A stretch of DNA of 64,000 nt from Podarcis melisellensis (Eukaryota), in the NCBI GenBank assembly GCA_964234715.1, contig OZ174276.1. One strand, given 5' to 3'. The notes under the pieces were generated by a model that had not been told where the DNA came from, made no database searches, and saw nothing but the letters and a program-made list of their open reading frames with translations. A program made the translations under genes and the position numbers. Positions 1 through 14,337 of this stretch are shown here, one piece after another. The number at the start of each line of letters is the position of its first letter. Position 1 is the first letter of the stretch.

Positions 1-134
1 TAGTGTATATGATTGCAGCCACACATCCAGGGGGCTAATATTAGTTGCCCAATATATTCAGTGGCTCTTCTCCTTTTACAATGAAAGGTAAAGTTACAGG
101 TGACAGGCAAATGGTATTATGGAGTAGGTGAGTA

Positions 135-360
135 CAGTGGTACCTCGGGTTAAGTACTTAATTCGTTCCGGAGGTCTGTACTTAACCTGAAACTGTTCAT
201 AACCTGAAGCACCACTTTAGCTAATGGGGCCTCCTGCTGCCGCCGTGCCACCGGAGCACGATTTCTGTTCTCATCCTGAAGTAAAGTTCTTAACCCGAGG
301 TACTATTTCTGGGTTAGCGGAGTCTGTAACCTGAAGCGTATGTAACCCGAGGTACCACTG
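135..360. mobile_element. TcMar/Tigger-like MITE, family A
   Basis: TIRs CAGTGGTACCTCGGGTTA...TAACCCGAGGTACCACTG flanked by TA on both sides. Confidence 0.9.
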
Positions 361-1141
361 TATTATAGAAAAGGAAATGAACAACAATTAGTGTTATGAA
401 TGTTGAATGGTGTTTATATAAATATATTACATTTGATATATTTGCTCACGTTGTATTTGCATAGTTGTAGAATTTGCATTGGTTACTCTACACATTTTAG
501 TCTCATTGCTTAGCAGGTGTTTTTTTTAACTAGATGGCCCTCCCTAAAATAATTAAGCCTGCCCAAGTAGGATAACATTCAAGTTCTTCCACTTTTGACA
601 TGCCCCAATAGGATAGTATACTAGCCCAATTACATCTGGGAAGAGTATAGAAAGCAGACACTGTCTACACAGAGCACTCCAATCTTGGCCTATCTAGATA
701 GACAGTAGAAAACAGGACTGGAGCAAGGATAGAGATAATATGCAAGATCTGATGCAGAAATAGCTGGAACCCTCCTTCCCTACCTTAAACACCAAACACT
801 TTCCATTAACCCATCCATAAAATTCCATGGGCACTTTGCTAGTGGTAGTGAGTAGTGCTTGAAAAAAGTAGTGTGTTTTTCCTTTTAGAGTTCAGGCTTC
901 TTAAAGCATTACATATGGTGTCCTTACACAAACCTTGTAAGAGATGTAGCTGGTAGTGTGAAGGAAGATTGAACTGAGGCTGAGAAGGCAAGGCTTCAGG
1001 GAGTGTGGCATGCCTAAGATAATCTTCTTAGTCCAGGTTCAACATCTCCAGCTAAAGATGACTCAAAATATCAGGTCTGAGGAAAAAGATTTGTATGGTA
1101 TCTTGAAAACAGTAGATACAGTTTAATGTATCAATGGACTA

Positions 1142-1359
1142 CAGTGGTACCTCTTGATGCGAACGGGATCTGTTCCGGAGCCCCGTTCGCATCCTGAAGC
1201 GAACGTAAGACGCGTGTCGCATTTTGCTGCTTCCGCGCATGCGCGTGACGTCATTTTGAGTGCATGCGCGAGCGGCAAAACCCGGAAGTAACACGCTCCT
1301 TTTCAGAGCGCAACCTGAAAATATTCATCCCGAAGCTACTTCAACTCAAGGTATGACTG
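1142..1359. mobile_element. TcMar/Tigger-like MITE, family B
   Basis: TA-CAGTGGTACCTC ... GGTATGACTG-TA, with a CpG-rich core containing GCGCATGCGC. Confidence 0.85.
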
Positions 1360-4300
1360 TACCAGTAGTCTGTCTCTGTGTAAAGTAAGATTTGGCTTGG
1401 GGGTGCCATTTACAGCAGTTATTTCACATTAATGAATACAACTCCCTGAAGCCTTTGACATATGTTGGAGATTATGAAGCGACATAACTTGCTGAAATGG
1501 CATAACAAAATGGAAGAGGGCTTCATTTCTGGATTTAGCCATGTAAAAATAGGTGATAAACAGCTACATCCTCGTGACTTCATCAGAGCAGATTCAGTGG
1601 CCAAGTTATCTTGGCAATCTTTATATCAAAGTGGTTCAGCTTTTGTGGAAAGATGCAGGCTCTTAGAGCTTGTTCAGTTGCTACTTTTTATGCAAAGGTG
1701 GATATGAATCTTGGGTTTGTGAGCTGCACCCCTGACACCTCACAACGCACGGAAGGTAATGGCTGTATTTAAATGAATGCTATATCTTTCTCCTCAAACC
1801 TTGTGATATAGAAGCCACTAGAAAAGCAGGTTCTACCTCAGGGAATCAGGGTCGTACATTTAAATAAACATAGCACTGTACAGATGAAGTATTCTAACTA
1901 AAATGCAGCAGTAGCTGCTGAACATAGGCTAAGACACACACTCAGTTTCACCATGTGTTGAAGTTTGACAGGGAGGGGTAGAGTGGGGAGAGAAGTAGCA
2001 TCTGAACAGTTCCTGAGCTTTGAAATGTTTCTTCCTGAATCGGTCTGAGCAGACAGGAATGCTGCTGTTTAATTTGTAATTTAATGCGTTGTGTTTAACA
2101 CTGACATAGTTCTTGTTGAAACATGCATTGCATATTGCACAACTTGATTCCACTTATGGGCTTGTTTTTCTGCACCTGTTGATAGCGCACCTGTTGTGAA
2201 ATGATGGATTGCCAACAGGTAGCACTACTTGATTTCTTTCAGATACACTTTTGAAATAAGGCATGTCTGTATTGAATGTAAAACGCAGCATTGGCTGCTG
2301 AATGTACTCTCCTGTTGACAGACAATATTTGCATTATGTGCCTTTGTTGGCTGTGTGTTCTGTGAGCCTGTGCTGGTTGCCAGCATGACACTGACGGAGG
2401 CTAGGAAAAGTGTAGCATGAGGACCTATGTGATACTTTTCTGGTTTGGGAAACTTTAGTTAACCTTAGTTAAAGATTTGATGACCAAACGAGATAAGACT
2501 TTTAAAAATGCAAATTGCATGGGGGGGTCATTAGTACACTAATGGGAGATGTTCTCTCAGTAACACTAGCTCAGAAAAGGGGTTTTGCTCAGGATTGCAT
2601 CAGGCAAAGGAAAGGTTAAATTCCCTCTGCATGTCTTTGATCCCATTGGTTTTCAGCCTCCCCTCCCATTGATTAATTTGCTTTAATCTGCACATTAGGT
2701 GCAGTGATGCCTGAGGCTCTGATATCTGTGCATGTTGACTTATGGATACGTTTGAAATAGTTTGTGGCAAAGCTCCTGCAATTGGCCTATAACTACGAGA
2801 AGCTTCTACTGAATAACTTTACAATACAAAACGCTCTGTGTTGGCAGGCTTTTTTCTAAACCTGCCCCTGTGTAACCAGCAACTTTTTTTGTTAGCCCTG
2901 CAGGGCGTAGCACACCAAGTTCTTGCGTGACAGCGATGTCCTCATCTTGAAGTAGCCTGGGGCATAGAAACTTATTAAGTTGTGCTTAATTTCTTTTCAT
3001 AAGAGATACAGTACACAAATGTGAGTAATGACTTTAAAATAAAGTATTCTAGGCAGCAAGTTAGTGAAAAGAAGTACCTTAAGAACTATTTTTATTTGTG
3101 TCTTAAGAAAAGGGCATTTCTCTGAGAATTGTCCCTGCTCTCAAGCACTGTTTGGTAAATACTGCTGTGCTTTGGTAGACTGTGCCCCAGGTTAGAGATA
3201 GCCCTGCTATGCAGTTCTTTAGTCCCAGGGGCACAAAAAACAGAAGTGTAGCTATGAGGGTTGCCCATATACCTATGTTTGATGTCTCTAATTGTGAAGA
3301 GCCTTTAACCTAGATTTTTAGACACATTGATGTGGAGGTTTGCTGCCTGCCTTTGGCTCTTAGATGGGTGGAGGGTAGGTTCTAAGCTGATTCCCTTCTT
3401 TGTCCCTTCCCTTTCTTCTTGGAAGAAAGTGACAAGAAGTGCACTATCCTGCCCCCCACCCTCACTCACCACCAGACCATTTTGGAGGTTCAATTCCAGT
3501 TTGGTTTTAATCCTACTTAACAGCTTTTCAGTTTGGGCTTAAATTAAGTTCATTCAAAAATTTATGTGAATTGCTAAGTTCCTGATTTGTATGCTCATTT
3601 AAATTGGGTACAATGAAAGTTGTTTTATTCCATGTTGTACCATTGATCTAACCATCTCTGTATGATCTACTCTGACTGGCAATATCTGTGCAGGGTTTCA
3701 GCAAAGTTTTCCCCTCCAGTCCTACTTGGAGAATCTGAGGATGAAGTCTGGAGCATCCTCCCCTAAATTGTGTCAAGAAACTATTTTTTATAGAACAATG
3801 TTATCGATCCTGTGAGCAGAAGAAAGTTCACCAAAGGGGCCTTGTAGTCCCTTCCTCTCCCCTGTGTTCCCTTAAAGAGGGAAGTGAGGGAGTGGGAAGC
3901 TGGTCAGAACTGGATGAAGGTTGCTTGTAGCAGTGGGGTTCTGCTTGCACAAAGTACTTGCCTAAGTTTGGTCACTTTCCCCCTTTCCATCAACATCATG
4001 GCCCATCCCATGCTCTTCATGGGGGTCCCCCAGTCCTTTGGACAAGATTTTCAGGTGGTGCAGGGTGCTGCAGAGTGAAGGAGGGAATGGGAAGTTCCCT
4101 TCATGTAAGAAAACCAAAGCTGAGAGCCTCCGGATTCTAATAGTAGCCAGCCCAAGTGCATGCTTCCTGTGGCTTATATGAAACTTGTCCTAATTTGGGT
4201 ATAGGCTCCTCCTTGACCCAGGTGATTTCCTCTTGAAATCATTCCTCAACTGTTATACTCTCCTTCACTTTTAGTAATGTGTGGTGGGCAAATGGGACTA

Positions 4301-5179
4301 GAGATGGTGAATTGCTTGTCTGACCTGTGAGGGGTGCTGAAGAGCAATTGACTGTGCTCTCTTCAATCTTCCCTTAAGGTTGGGCACAGCCCATTGCTCA
4401 TAGTTTACTGGAGCCAGAGGGTAACTGCAAATTCCCATCTGTTTGGCAGCAAGATGTACCTGCTGCCAAGCAGTCATGCCAGTCTTAAATAGTGATGATT
4501 TGTATAGCTTGGGGAAGATTTCCCAGAGGTAATGCTGATTCTTACATCTTACAAAGGCAAAACCAAAGTGGGTTATGCAGACAATTAGGAGGTGTGTCAG
4601 GTTTTACCCTGATTACTAAGAAACTAGTTCTTGTTTGTACCTTGCACCATGTTATTTCAAAAGCAACAAAACCAGATCTGACACTTCTGTCGCTAGGATA
4701 CGCCAATGGTTTTCTTTAATTTGTAGGTGGTGTAATTATTTAAAAGAGAGAGAGCTGCATTCCTCTCAGCAGGCTGGCTAGTTTGCCACATGTTATGCGC
4801 CCCCATTAATATGGAAGGAACGTGGTGTAACTTTGGAATGCCCAAGGCATATAATACACACCTTCCCCTGCTTTAAACATAATGTGCTGTGGCCTTTTAA
4901 AGTTCCTGAAGACAAGACAAAGCAAACATATTATTGGCTTCCTAATTAGAAATAGGTTTCTTCAGCTGAGACCTTTGCACACCTTTTGTTGCTTCAGGAG
5001 AGAGTCAGTATGAAAGCACCACCTCTCTCTCATCTATGCTATAAAATGAGTTCCAAGTCTCATTGAACTTGGTGGAATGTAGTTTGAATGCACCTGGATA
5101 GGCTCTTACAAGCAAATAATCTAGATATATCCCCATGTGATAGTTTTCCACCCTGACTATTTCACCCATCTCTGCTTTA

Positions 5180-5405
5180 CAGTGGTACCTCGAGTTAAGA
5201 ACTTACTTCGTTCTGGAGGTCCGTTCTTAACCTGAAGCTGTTCTTAACCTGAGGTACCACTTTAGCTAATGGGGCTTCCCACTGCTGCCACGTTGCTGCC
5301 GTGTGATTTCTGTTCTCATCCTGAAGCAAAGTTCTTAACCCGAGGTACTATTTCTGGGTTAGCGGAGTCTGTAACCTGAAGCGTCTGTAACCTGAAGTAC
5401 CACTG
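5180..5405. mobile_element. TcMar/Tigger-like MITE, family A
   Basis: Highly similar to 135-360, same orientation. Confidence 0.9.
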
Positions 5406-6133
5406 TGTTGTCATTATTCATCCAAACTCTAAAACACATCTATGTTGTAACTAAGTATAGAACTCCTGATCTGTAGTTATTGTCAAAGATAACCAACTAT
5501 TTTATGTATGTGCTTTAGGAACTTTATTAGGCTTTTTTTTATAACAACTCTATGAATTTGAGAAGTACTTCTCCCATGTTACAGATGTGGAGTTGGGGAG
5601 AGAGTGAGTCACCTAGCCTGAAAAAATTTCCTCCAGAGAAGCCACGGCTCTAAAAAGACAAGCGAGTCCAAAAACATTTGGGAAGAAATTAAAATCAAAT
5701 GAAATGCCTTCTAAAAAGGATATTTTTTTTTTACGCTGCTGCAAAATAAAATTGCAGAGTGCAAAGTAGGCTGCCTTAGCAGGGAACCTAGGCCTGGCCA
5801 CAGAAAAGATCCTCTCCCGTGTCTGTTCTAAGTGCAGATCAGATGTTAGGGGGACACATTGTTTAGCCTTAACTGATGATCTCAATGAGAGAGTAAGCCT
5901 GCAATGTGAAAAAACTTTATCTCTTTTCTGATAAACTATTCTGCTCTTGGCTCATGTTAAGTTGATACTTCAGCATGTGGTTCTTAGCCCTATAGTTGAT
6001 TCACTTCGTGTTGGGAATGAAAGGACACGTTGGGAGGTCCTAAGGGACTTTAGTTCTGGCCTTGAGTCCTGTGTACATATTGCCATCTTAACTGACGGAA
6101 TGTGGAACTAATTCCAACTCCTTTTAGCTGATT

Positions 6134-6280
6134 AGAATCATAGAATGGTAGAGCTGGAAGGGACAGTGAGGGTCATCTAGTCCAGTCCCCTTCAATGCTG
6201 GAATATGTCACCCACTGTGGGGCTTGAAGACACAGCTCTGAGATTGAGAGTCTCATGGTCTACTGAGTGAGCTATCCCAG
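6134..6280 (-). mobile_element. tRNA-Lys-derived SINE with CR1 3' tail
   Basis: Minus-strand GGATAGCTCACTCAGTAGACCATGAGACTCTCAATCTCAG resembles tRNA-Lys(CTT). It is followed by GGACTAGATGACCC...ATTCTATGATTCT. Confidence 0.8.
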
Positions 6281-8633
6281 ACTTAAGAAGAGTCCTGCCA
6301 ATGACTTGCAGCCAGCCAAGGCCTTATGTTTATGTACACTGACAAACCAAAAGGTATTCTGAATCAGAAAGATCCAGCTATGTCTATGATTACATCTTTT
6401 ATGCAGTCAAGCCTATTGGTTTAACCTCTTTTCATGGATTTATGTCACAGGTGAAAATCCCTATATAGTCTGGTGATTGCTCAACAATGTTTATGATGTG
6501 AACATCTCTCTAAAAGCTCCGTCAAGATCTTGAGCTCCGAAAGATTTAAGTAATATTACATATATCTCTGCAAGGCTCCTGATTTTAGGGGGGGGGACAC
6601 CCTTCTTTCTGGCACAAATATAGCTGGCATTTTTAACATTGTTAGCAGGGAAGTGTCAAGGTCTGTTGAAAGTCCTCTGCTACTAGCATCCTTTTTATTT
6701 AAAAGCCTTAAACTGATCCTAATCCTCAAGGTGTTCTCTGTACGTTGCAATGTAGTCTTCATTAATGCTACTTTTAAGATCATGAAATGCTGTTCATTAA
6801 AACCTAAAACAAAGCAGGTGCATAGCCTCGGGGAGTTTTTGTTGCATATGCACTGTAGTTGAAATTACTTAAGTCTGTAAATAGTTGTTCCATAGGAGGA
6901 AATACTTCTAGGGTTGGGCTATGTTCCTTTAATTTTAACTCCTGGCCATATTTATCTGGAAGGTTTCCTTCCTACTGGAGTGACAAAACATAGGCTAAAA
7001 TAAAGTACCCAGTCTGGAGTCTCTGAACATTTAAATGAATGGGTAAAAATGAATAACTCATAGGGATATTCTTTGGGTTGCTTTACTCATTGCTCTTTTA
7101 GTTTAAGAAACTTCTGGCACGATCCAGCCCACACTTTCATAATTAAATACAACACTATCATTCAGACTGCAACACTGACTTGCACAGTTTCCCTTGTGAA
7201 ATGCTTTCTTCTCAGCTCCAATAGAGCTTGTTTTTGTGTCCTATTGAGCCATACCCATGGTGACTTGTATGATTCGATGGTGGATGCTACTGCTAGAAAA
7301 AAAAGTGGTGTTCACTTGCAGTAGTATAAAATTTCAGTATATCCATACATATAAGTGTCTCTTGTTCCATGTACATATTTACATATAATAACTTAGGGAA
7401 GGAGAAAAGTTCTTTCTTTCTTTTGATATACATTCTAAGGCTAGTTTAGATTGCATTGCAAATGACTGTATCCTCAGTGCATTTGGTTAAACAAACTAAA
7501 CCTGCTACCAGTCCAAAATCCCAGATAGCAGCCATGATTATTATTTTGTTTCTCGGTTAATTCATGTTGTGCAAGAGCACTGGGAGTAGCCAGAAATGTG
7601 CAGTTTGGGTGGACATTGGCTAGTGTGTGTCATAGCTTCACAGTCTTGAGGCTTACATTTGATGACAGGTTTACTGACTAAAACAGGTGAAGATTGCGAA
7701 ATTGCTTAAATCATAACAATGTATAACAATATATTGTAGACTCAGATTGCATCTGGCCCCTGAGCAGTAGAGAATAAAACCCAAGCGAGAGCCATCAAAA
7801 TGTTAACATTCTGCTTCTCATATTTTCTTTGCTATCTTGAACATTTTGGCCATGTCTAGTTTTTTCTTCTTTTATGGTGATTCCCATTTTGGCATCCTAA
7901 AGCTGTCAACATTTGTTGCCTGTATGTTGGACTCCAAATGAGCATATTTTTGTATTGCTCCCTCCATCCGTTTCTTATGTGGTGAAGATGCATCATAGAG
8001 ATTTGCAAAGCCATGAGGGCTTTTAAGTCCTACAGAACTAGCAGGGTGGTAGCGCTCTCTGCCAAAGTAGAGAGTGGGTAAATATGAGACTAAACCAGTT
8101 TACACAGTTTCCTTTTGGCTAGGCTGAATGATTACGCGTCCGGAAATTGCTAAGGCAAGAACGGAGAAGATAGAAAGGCTTTCAGCATAGAAGTTATTAT
8201 CTGTAGCAAACTAAGCCACTTAGGTTATAGGATTACTTTACATCTTGCATTTCCCCAAATTTGGGATATGTTTTGAAAATGCAACAAGGTCCCATAGGAA
8301 CAGGGATTTATCTGAAGCAAGACAGATCAAAAGCCTGAATTTGGAGACATGCTGAGCTAAACCATGGTTTGGCCATTGGAAATGTGACAGGACCAGGACC
8401 AGGGGAGGAGTGAAGTGGCTACATTCTCATCTCTGGAAACACACGTTTGTGCTAATACATGGTTTTGCTTGGTGTTCCGTGCGAACCAGACTATATTCTA
8501 CTTACAGCTTCTGTATCAAGCCTAAAAAAATTGATTCTTTTAAAAAAACAAAAACAAAAAAATCCTGTCTTTTAGGATCGTCTCTTCCTGTTCCATCATT
8601 TTTAGTAACACATTTTTTTCTTTCACTTTTCAG

Positions 8634-8679
8634 GCACAACTTTTTAAACACGGCAAAAGGGAAGACTGTTTGCCGTATG
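8634..8679 (+). CDS. TBCD: TBCD internal coding exon (46 nt; AQLFKHGKREDCLPY)
   Basis: Polypyrimidine tract plus ttttcag acceptor; G|gtaaga donor. Translation matches the remembered TBCD segment AQIFKHGKREDCLPY. Phase 0 to 1. Confidence 0.93.
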
Positions 8680-10122
8680 GTAAGACACTTCGTAATATTA
8701 TAAATATCTTAATTCCCGTTACGGGAATGACAATGATCGTAAGGTAGCCAAAGTTACTTGTTTATTTTATTCATTTATCCGAAGATCGCAGGGCGGCTCA
8801 CAACATAAAAATACAAAATAAGAACACAAAATACATAATAAAACAAAAACATTGTTAAGTCCTGTTGGTTTCACAGAGAGAGTTTTGAAGCATCTGCTTG
8901 GATTCTGAGAACTGTGAACAGGAAAGGTTAACCCCCTGGGTCCCCAAAAGCTTTGGTAGAGGTTGTGGGCCCCTGTTGAACAACATGGGATGGAGTGTGG
9001 GGTGCTGTTGGGAAGAAAAAATCACCCAGAATTGGATAGAGGCAACATGTTTGGGCAAGTTTGGTCCAATATGAGTCAATTTCTTCTATGTCTCATCCTA
9101 TGCTGTTCTAGGGGAGCTTTTGTTGGGAGGAGTGTGGAAGAGGGGAAGTCAGTTTCTATGGACTTTTGCTGATGGTTCTTCAAATCCAAGTCAATGAACT
9201 TAAGTGCTACCCTTTGGTGGAAATGTGCCCAACTTTTTTCACTTTTATAGTGAATTTGGGCATGACTTAAAATAGCTAAATTGCTTTATTTTTCTGTACA
9301 TATTAGCCCATCTCTCACATTGTTTCCTACATAAACATATGTATGTGAGTATGACAGTTGCTGAAAGAGTACCTCTGTTGACCAGTGACATTTTATCACT
9401 ACTGAATAACACAGATTGACACTAGCCATAAGCATCAATGTATTTATACGGATAGAGGAAAATAGTGGCTGAATTCAGATGATCGTATCGCAGCTTAATA
9501 AACTGACATAAAAATGAGCCCTTTTTGCATGAGCTGACAAACAAACCAGTAAAGCTTTCATCAATTTTAGTTTTCTATTTTGTCTGAACTAGAAAGCTGT
9601 CATTAACAGCTTCAAAGCAAGCAAGAATATGCAGCCATCTTCATATCTGAATGAGATCCACAGCACCTTTTAAAATCGGCATATTTACTATGTATTCTGG
9701 AAGAATGCTAACTGAATTACAGAGCTATGCAGGTTTTCTGGTTCTTCTATTAATATGGTAGCCTTAGGGACATTCTTTAACATAGTTAAGCATTGCTTCA
9801 GGTGACAAATATAGCCAGCCTTTCCCCCCTCTTCCTTTGACTATTAGTAGTATCATCTTCACTTCAAGTATATTTTCATTCTCTTATGTATAGGAAGGAT
9901 TCTAGAGAGATAGTAAAGAAAGTACTTTTTTTTCTATTCACGTTGTAACAAAATCCACAACACACTCAGTGTGTATCTCTGGTAATAATAAAATATATTC
10001 TTAAAATCCGTCTAACTAGAGATAGGCGAAAATATATTTATGTTTACTTCAAAAGCCTTCTCAAGGTGGTCCACATTCAGAATCATACAAACCAAAAATA
10101 TAAAATATGTAAGGTTTTAAAC

Positions 10123-10258
10123 CAGGCATAGGCAAACGTGGTCCTCCAGATGTTTTGCGACTACAACTCCCACCATCCCTGACCACTGATCCTGTTAGCT
10201 AGGAATGATGGGAGTTGTAGTCCCAAAACATCTGGAGGGCCGAGTTTGCCTATGCCTG
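10123..10258. mobile_element. hAT-type palindromic MITE
   Basis: TIR CAGGCATAGGCAAAC / GTTTGCCTATGCCTG, near-palindromic body, and 8-bp TSD TTTTAAAC/TTTCAAAC. Confidence 0.85.
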
Positions 10259-10962
10259 TTTCAAACTAAAACAGTAGCATAAAACTGGAAATAATTATCC
10301 TGAGGGAAAGCTATAACAACGGGTGAAATCCAGTGCCCACCGGTAGAATGGGCATCTACTTGTGAAATGCAACTTGCCCTTCCTCTCCTCTTCTCTGCAT
10401 TCCTGTGCACCCACAAATCTGTTTTGGAAGGTTGCTATGTCTTCTGGAACAGCTTGGGGTGTGTGCGCGCGCAGCAAGTAGAGAGGAAAGGCAAGTGCCA
10501 TTGTATGAATGGCAAGATTTTGGAGATCACCCAGTATGTTTAAGGATTAAAAAAGGGAAGATATTGTTTAATGAGAACAACTCAAATACTTCTCAACGTT
10601 AGTTCCCTTCAGAATTAATCACTCATTTAGAAAAAGGGTGGGTAAGGGAGGGAAAGGTTAGTTAAGCCTTCTACAAAATGTATGGATTTGCTCCTCTGAA
10701 ACCACAGGTTGCCTAAAGTTTATAGCTAAATGTTTTCCTTCAAAATATGCTTTGAATTTTATTAATCTTTCAGCCTGATCCTAATTGGGGCCAATAGAGT
10801 TTATAACACACATGCATGTTCACTGAGTTGTGACTACTATACTGAAAGCTGTAAATATCATAACTAACACTTTATAAAGGAATATAGATAAAAGTCTTGG
10901 AGTTAGACTTGGAGTTAGAACTTCCCAGAACCTTGTGTCTATCATGGATTAAAGTAATATGA

Positions 10963-11226
<264 letters not shown>

Positions 11227-12612
11227 TAGGGGCGGATGAGTAATATATCACCACATGTTCATTTGGTGATCAGAAGTTATGCTTTAAATATACATGGGTA
11301 TTCCAGAGATAGAAGCGACTGCTTCCCTGTATTACGATAGATTTGTATTTTTGTATTACATTATCAGTTCAGTATTTTGCATATTTTGTTCTGGATTTAA
11401 ATAATCTTTCCACGGATAAATTCAGGTCAACGTGGAAACTAAAATCCAAGGTGATACGGTGTTCCTGCCCCACACCTTCAAAAGCAAAACAAAATAAAGT
11501 TAGGAATTAGATGTGTGCAGTGTAATCCAACCAGTTTACAGAATTTCCAGTCTTATTCACACTTTGCTTACATTTAAAAAGTCACAATCTCATGGAAATT
11601 TATATTCTCAGCCAATGATTGCTTTCTTCATTTTGCTTATTACTTGGGAGGGGGGGCTCCCTCCCCTTTTATATCTCTTTTCATTAATGAGTTACTATTT
11701 TTAGCTTTTTCTGTTGTGTTAGCTGGAAAAAGACATAGGAAACAGCTTCAAATGAAGTCCAAGCTGTCTATTTCCCTTTTGTCAAAACTGACTAGCAACA
11801 GTTTTCCAGTGTTTCAGGTGGGAATGTTTACTAGCCCTGCGAGGACATACTGGGGATTGATCTTGAGACACCTGTGCAGGCAAAGCATTTGCTTGGCCGC
11901 CCAGCTACAGTCCTACCAGTACAACAAAGCATGTTGTACCTTGTCCTGGTATCACTGTTGATGATACATTCCACTTTTTATCCTTAGTGGAGCTGAATAT
12001 TTTACCTTTAAGAGTTACCTTAAGAAAAGTGTTTATTGTTGCACATTGCGATCTTTTTACTGCAAAACCCAGATCCTAGTTTGGCATCTTAAATGCATTT
12101 TGTGTTGCTGTAATTTGCTGTTGTTTTTAATTTTTCAAAATTTAAACATAAGGTTTTATTCAAACACTTGAGTTGGAGAGCTTTATTTTCTATGGCTGGA
12201 TCTAAAGAAGTGCACTAGTTCTCTATGCCTAGAGGTGGTAACATTCAGACTTTTCTCAAACGATCACCCATCTGTTGCTACGTGTGAAACCTTTTTGAAA
12301 CTCCCATTTGAAGGGGTGAATATCAAAAATTCCATGGGGCACACCCTAGATGTTGAGTATGCCTAAAGTATATATTTTGGGGTCTGAAAGATTCTCACAG
12401 TCCTAATAAACAAAATGAGTACTTATCTCATGAGGACACAAAAGGGATTTTTTTTTAAAGAGTTATGGTTTACATATTGCTTGTATGAATCCCCTGATAT
12501 TTATGCCATTAGGCATATGAGCAGTCATTGCTTGAATTAATGTGCTGTATTCCTTTGGAAATAAACAGATGAGTGTTTTTGTTATTTAAAGTGTTTTATT
12601 ATTTTAATAAGT

Positions 12613-12977
12613 GGGACGCGGGTGGCGCTGTGGGTAAAACCTCAGTGCCTAGGACTTGCCGATGGTATGGTCGGCGGTTCGAATCCCCGCGGCGGGTGAG
12701 CTCCCGTTGTTCGGTCCCAGCTCCTGCCCACCTAGCAGTTCGAAAGCACCCCTAAGTGCAAGTAGATAAATAGGGACTGCTTTATAGTGGGAAGGTAAAC
12801 GGCATTTCCGTGTGCTGCGCTGGTGCTGGCTCGCCAGCTACAGCTTCGTCACGCTGGCCACATGACCCGGAAGTGTCTTCGGCCGGCGCCGGCTCACGGC
12901 CTCTAGAGCGAGATGAGCACACAACCCTAGAGTCGGACACGACTGGCCCGTATGGGCAGGGGTACCTTTACCTTTAC
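12613..12977 (+). mobile_element. Sauria SINE (full length)
   Basis: GGGACGCGGGTGGCGCTGTGG head, B-box GGTTCGAATCC, and (ACCTTT)n tail. 19-bp TSD TTTATTATTTTAATAAGTG at 12595-12613 and 12978-12996. Confidence 0.92.
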
Positions 12978-13237
12978 TTTATTATTTTAATAAGTGATGC
13001 AACAGTAAGCAAGCAGCAACTGACCACAGGCAACTTCCCTGAGGAACATTGAAGAAGCCTTCTTAAGTTGTGGCTGCTAGGTGCTATTCCCCACAGAAGA
13101 GAAATGCATTTGAAAGTTAATATCTTACATTTTTGAAGTACACTACATTGATGTTTTTGAAGGGGATACGTATAATGTATGAGAAAACTCTTTGACCTTT
13201 TCGGAATATAATAAATATTCCAAGTTTCTCTTTCTAG

Positions 13238-13386
13238 GTATCAACGGGGTTTCCGATCTTTAGCTGCAAACTTGCAGTTTTCTGCAAGTAGTCCTGCTGT
13301 ACAGGAAGCAATAAATGCAACGGCTGTCAAGGAGGAGGAGGAAGAAGAGGAATATGACATCCCAGGAGAGGTTGAAAATGTTATAG
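13238..13386 (+). CDS. TBCD: TBCD internal coding exon (149 nt; [13 protein letters not shown]...[19 protein letters not shown])
   Basis: tttctag acceptor and ATAG|gtgtgt donor. YQRGxRSLAANL motif and an acidic loop as in TBCD. Phase 2 to 1. Confidence 0.94.
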
Positions 13387-14193
13387 GTGTGTTTGATGAA
13401 AATGGGAAGCAGTGTAAAGTCTGATACCATAGCCAGTGTGAACATGGGGTTGTATCCCATTAGTGTAAGGACTTCTGGCTGTATAGCAGGCCTTTCTTTT
13501 TTCTTCCTGCAAACCCCCTCCCCCCATCTAATCTGGGGGAAACCTGCAGAACAGATTTGGGTAAGGTGGGGGGGGGCACACAGGGAGAGAAGAGGGAGAG
13601 GAAATCACTTTGTGCAGGCTTATCTCTTCAGATGGGATGGCTTCACTAAATACAGCTGTGGTTTCTTTGTTTGCTTCTAAGGATCACCTTCCTCCTTATG
13701 GTTAACCTGCAAAGCAAGAATATAAATGATTTAAGCCAAGGTCTCTTTTAACATTTAAGGGGTAATAGTGCTATAATTCTTGTAGGTGCTCTTGACTTTT
13801 GCTTTTCTCTCTGCCTCCCTTTTCTGTCGGTGGTTGCTGGTAGCGTCACTTTGTGCTGCGTTGTGCGTCCTTTCCTGCCTTCTTACAATGTTTTGAATGT
13901 TCTATCATTCTTAAAAGGATGTATTTCCCCCTCACTTTTTTGAATAAAAAGGTGTCTGCTCACCGTCCATTGTATTCTCTTCAGCAAAGATAAATAAAAG
14001 CTTTTATTTCCTTCCAATGCCACCCTCAGGAGGAAGGCACCACAAATACCTTTCATTGAGACGGGTTTGAGGATATCTCTTGATGTGGCTAGAACTAGTG
14101 AAGCGGTGAATGAAGGCCACTTATTTTCCCCAGGATAAGGAGCCTGATCTAGAAAAGGCCTGTGACAAAATATAGACCTATGGATGCTTTTAG

Positions 14194-14337
<144 letters not shown>

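Noticed and set aside
6205-6280. Functional tRNA-Lys gene
   Set aside because: Anticodon loop, T-arm and acceptor stem are mutated, there is no T-run terminator, and it is fused to a CR1 tail, so it is a SINE.
1-8600. Upstream TBCD exon expected before AQLFKHGKR
   Set aside because: No matching segment was found by eye. It probably lies before the window but could have been missed.
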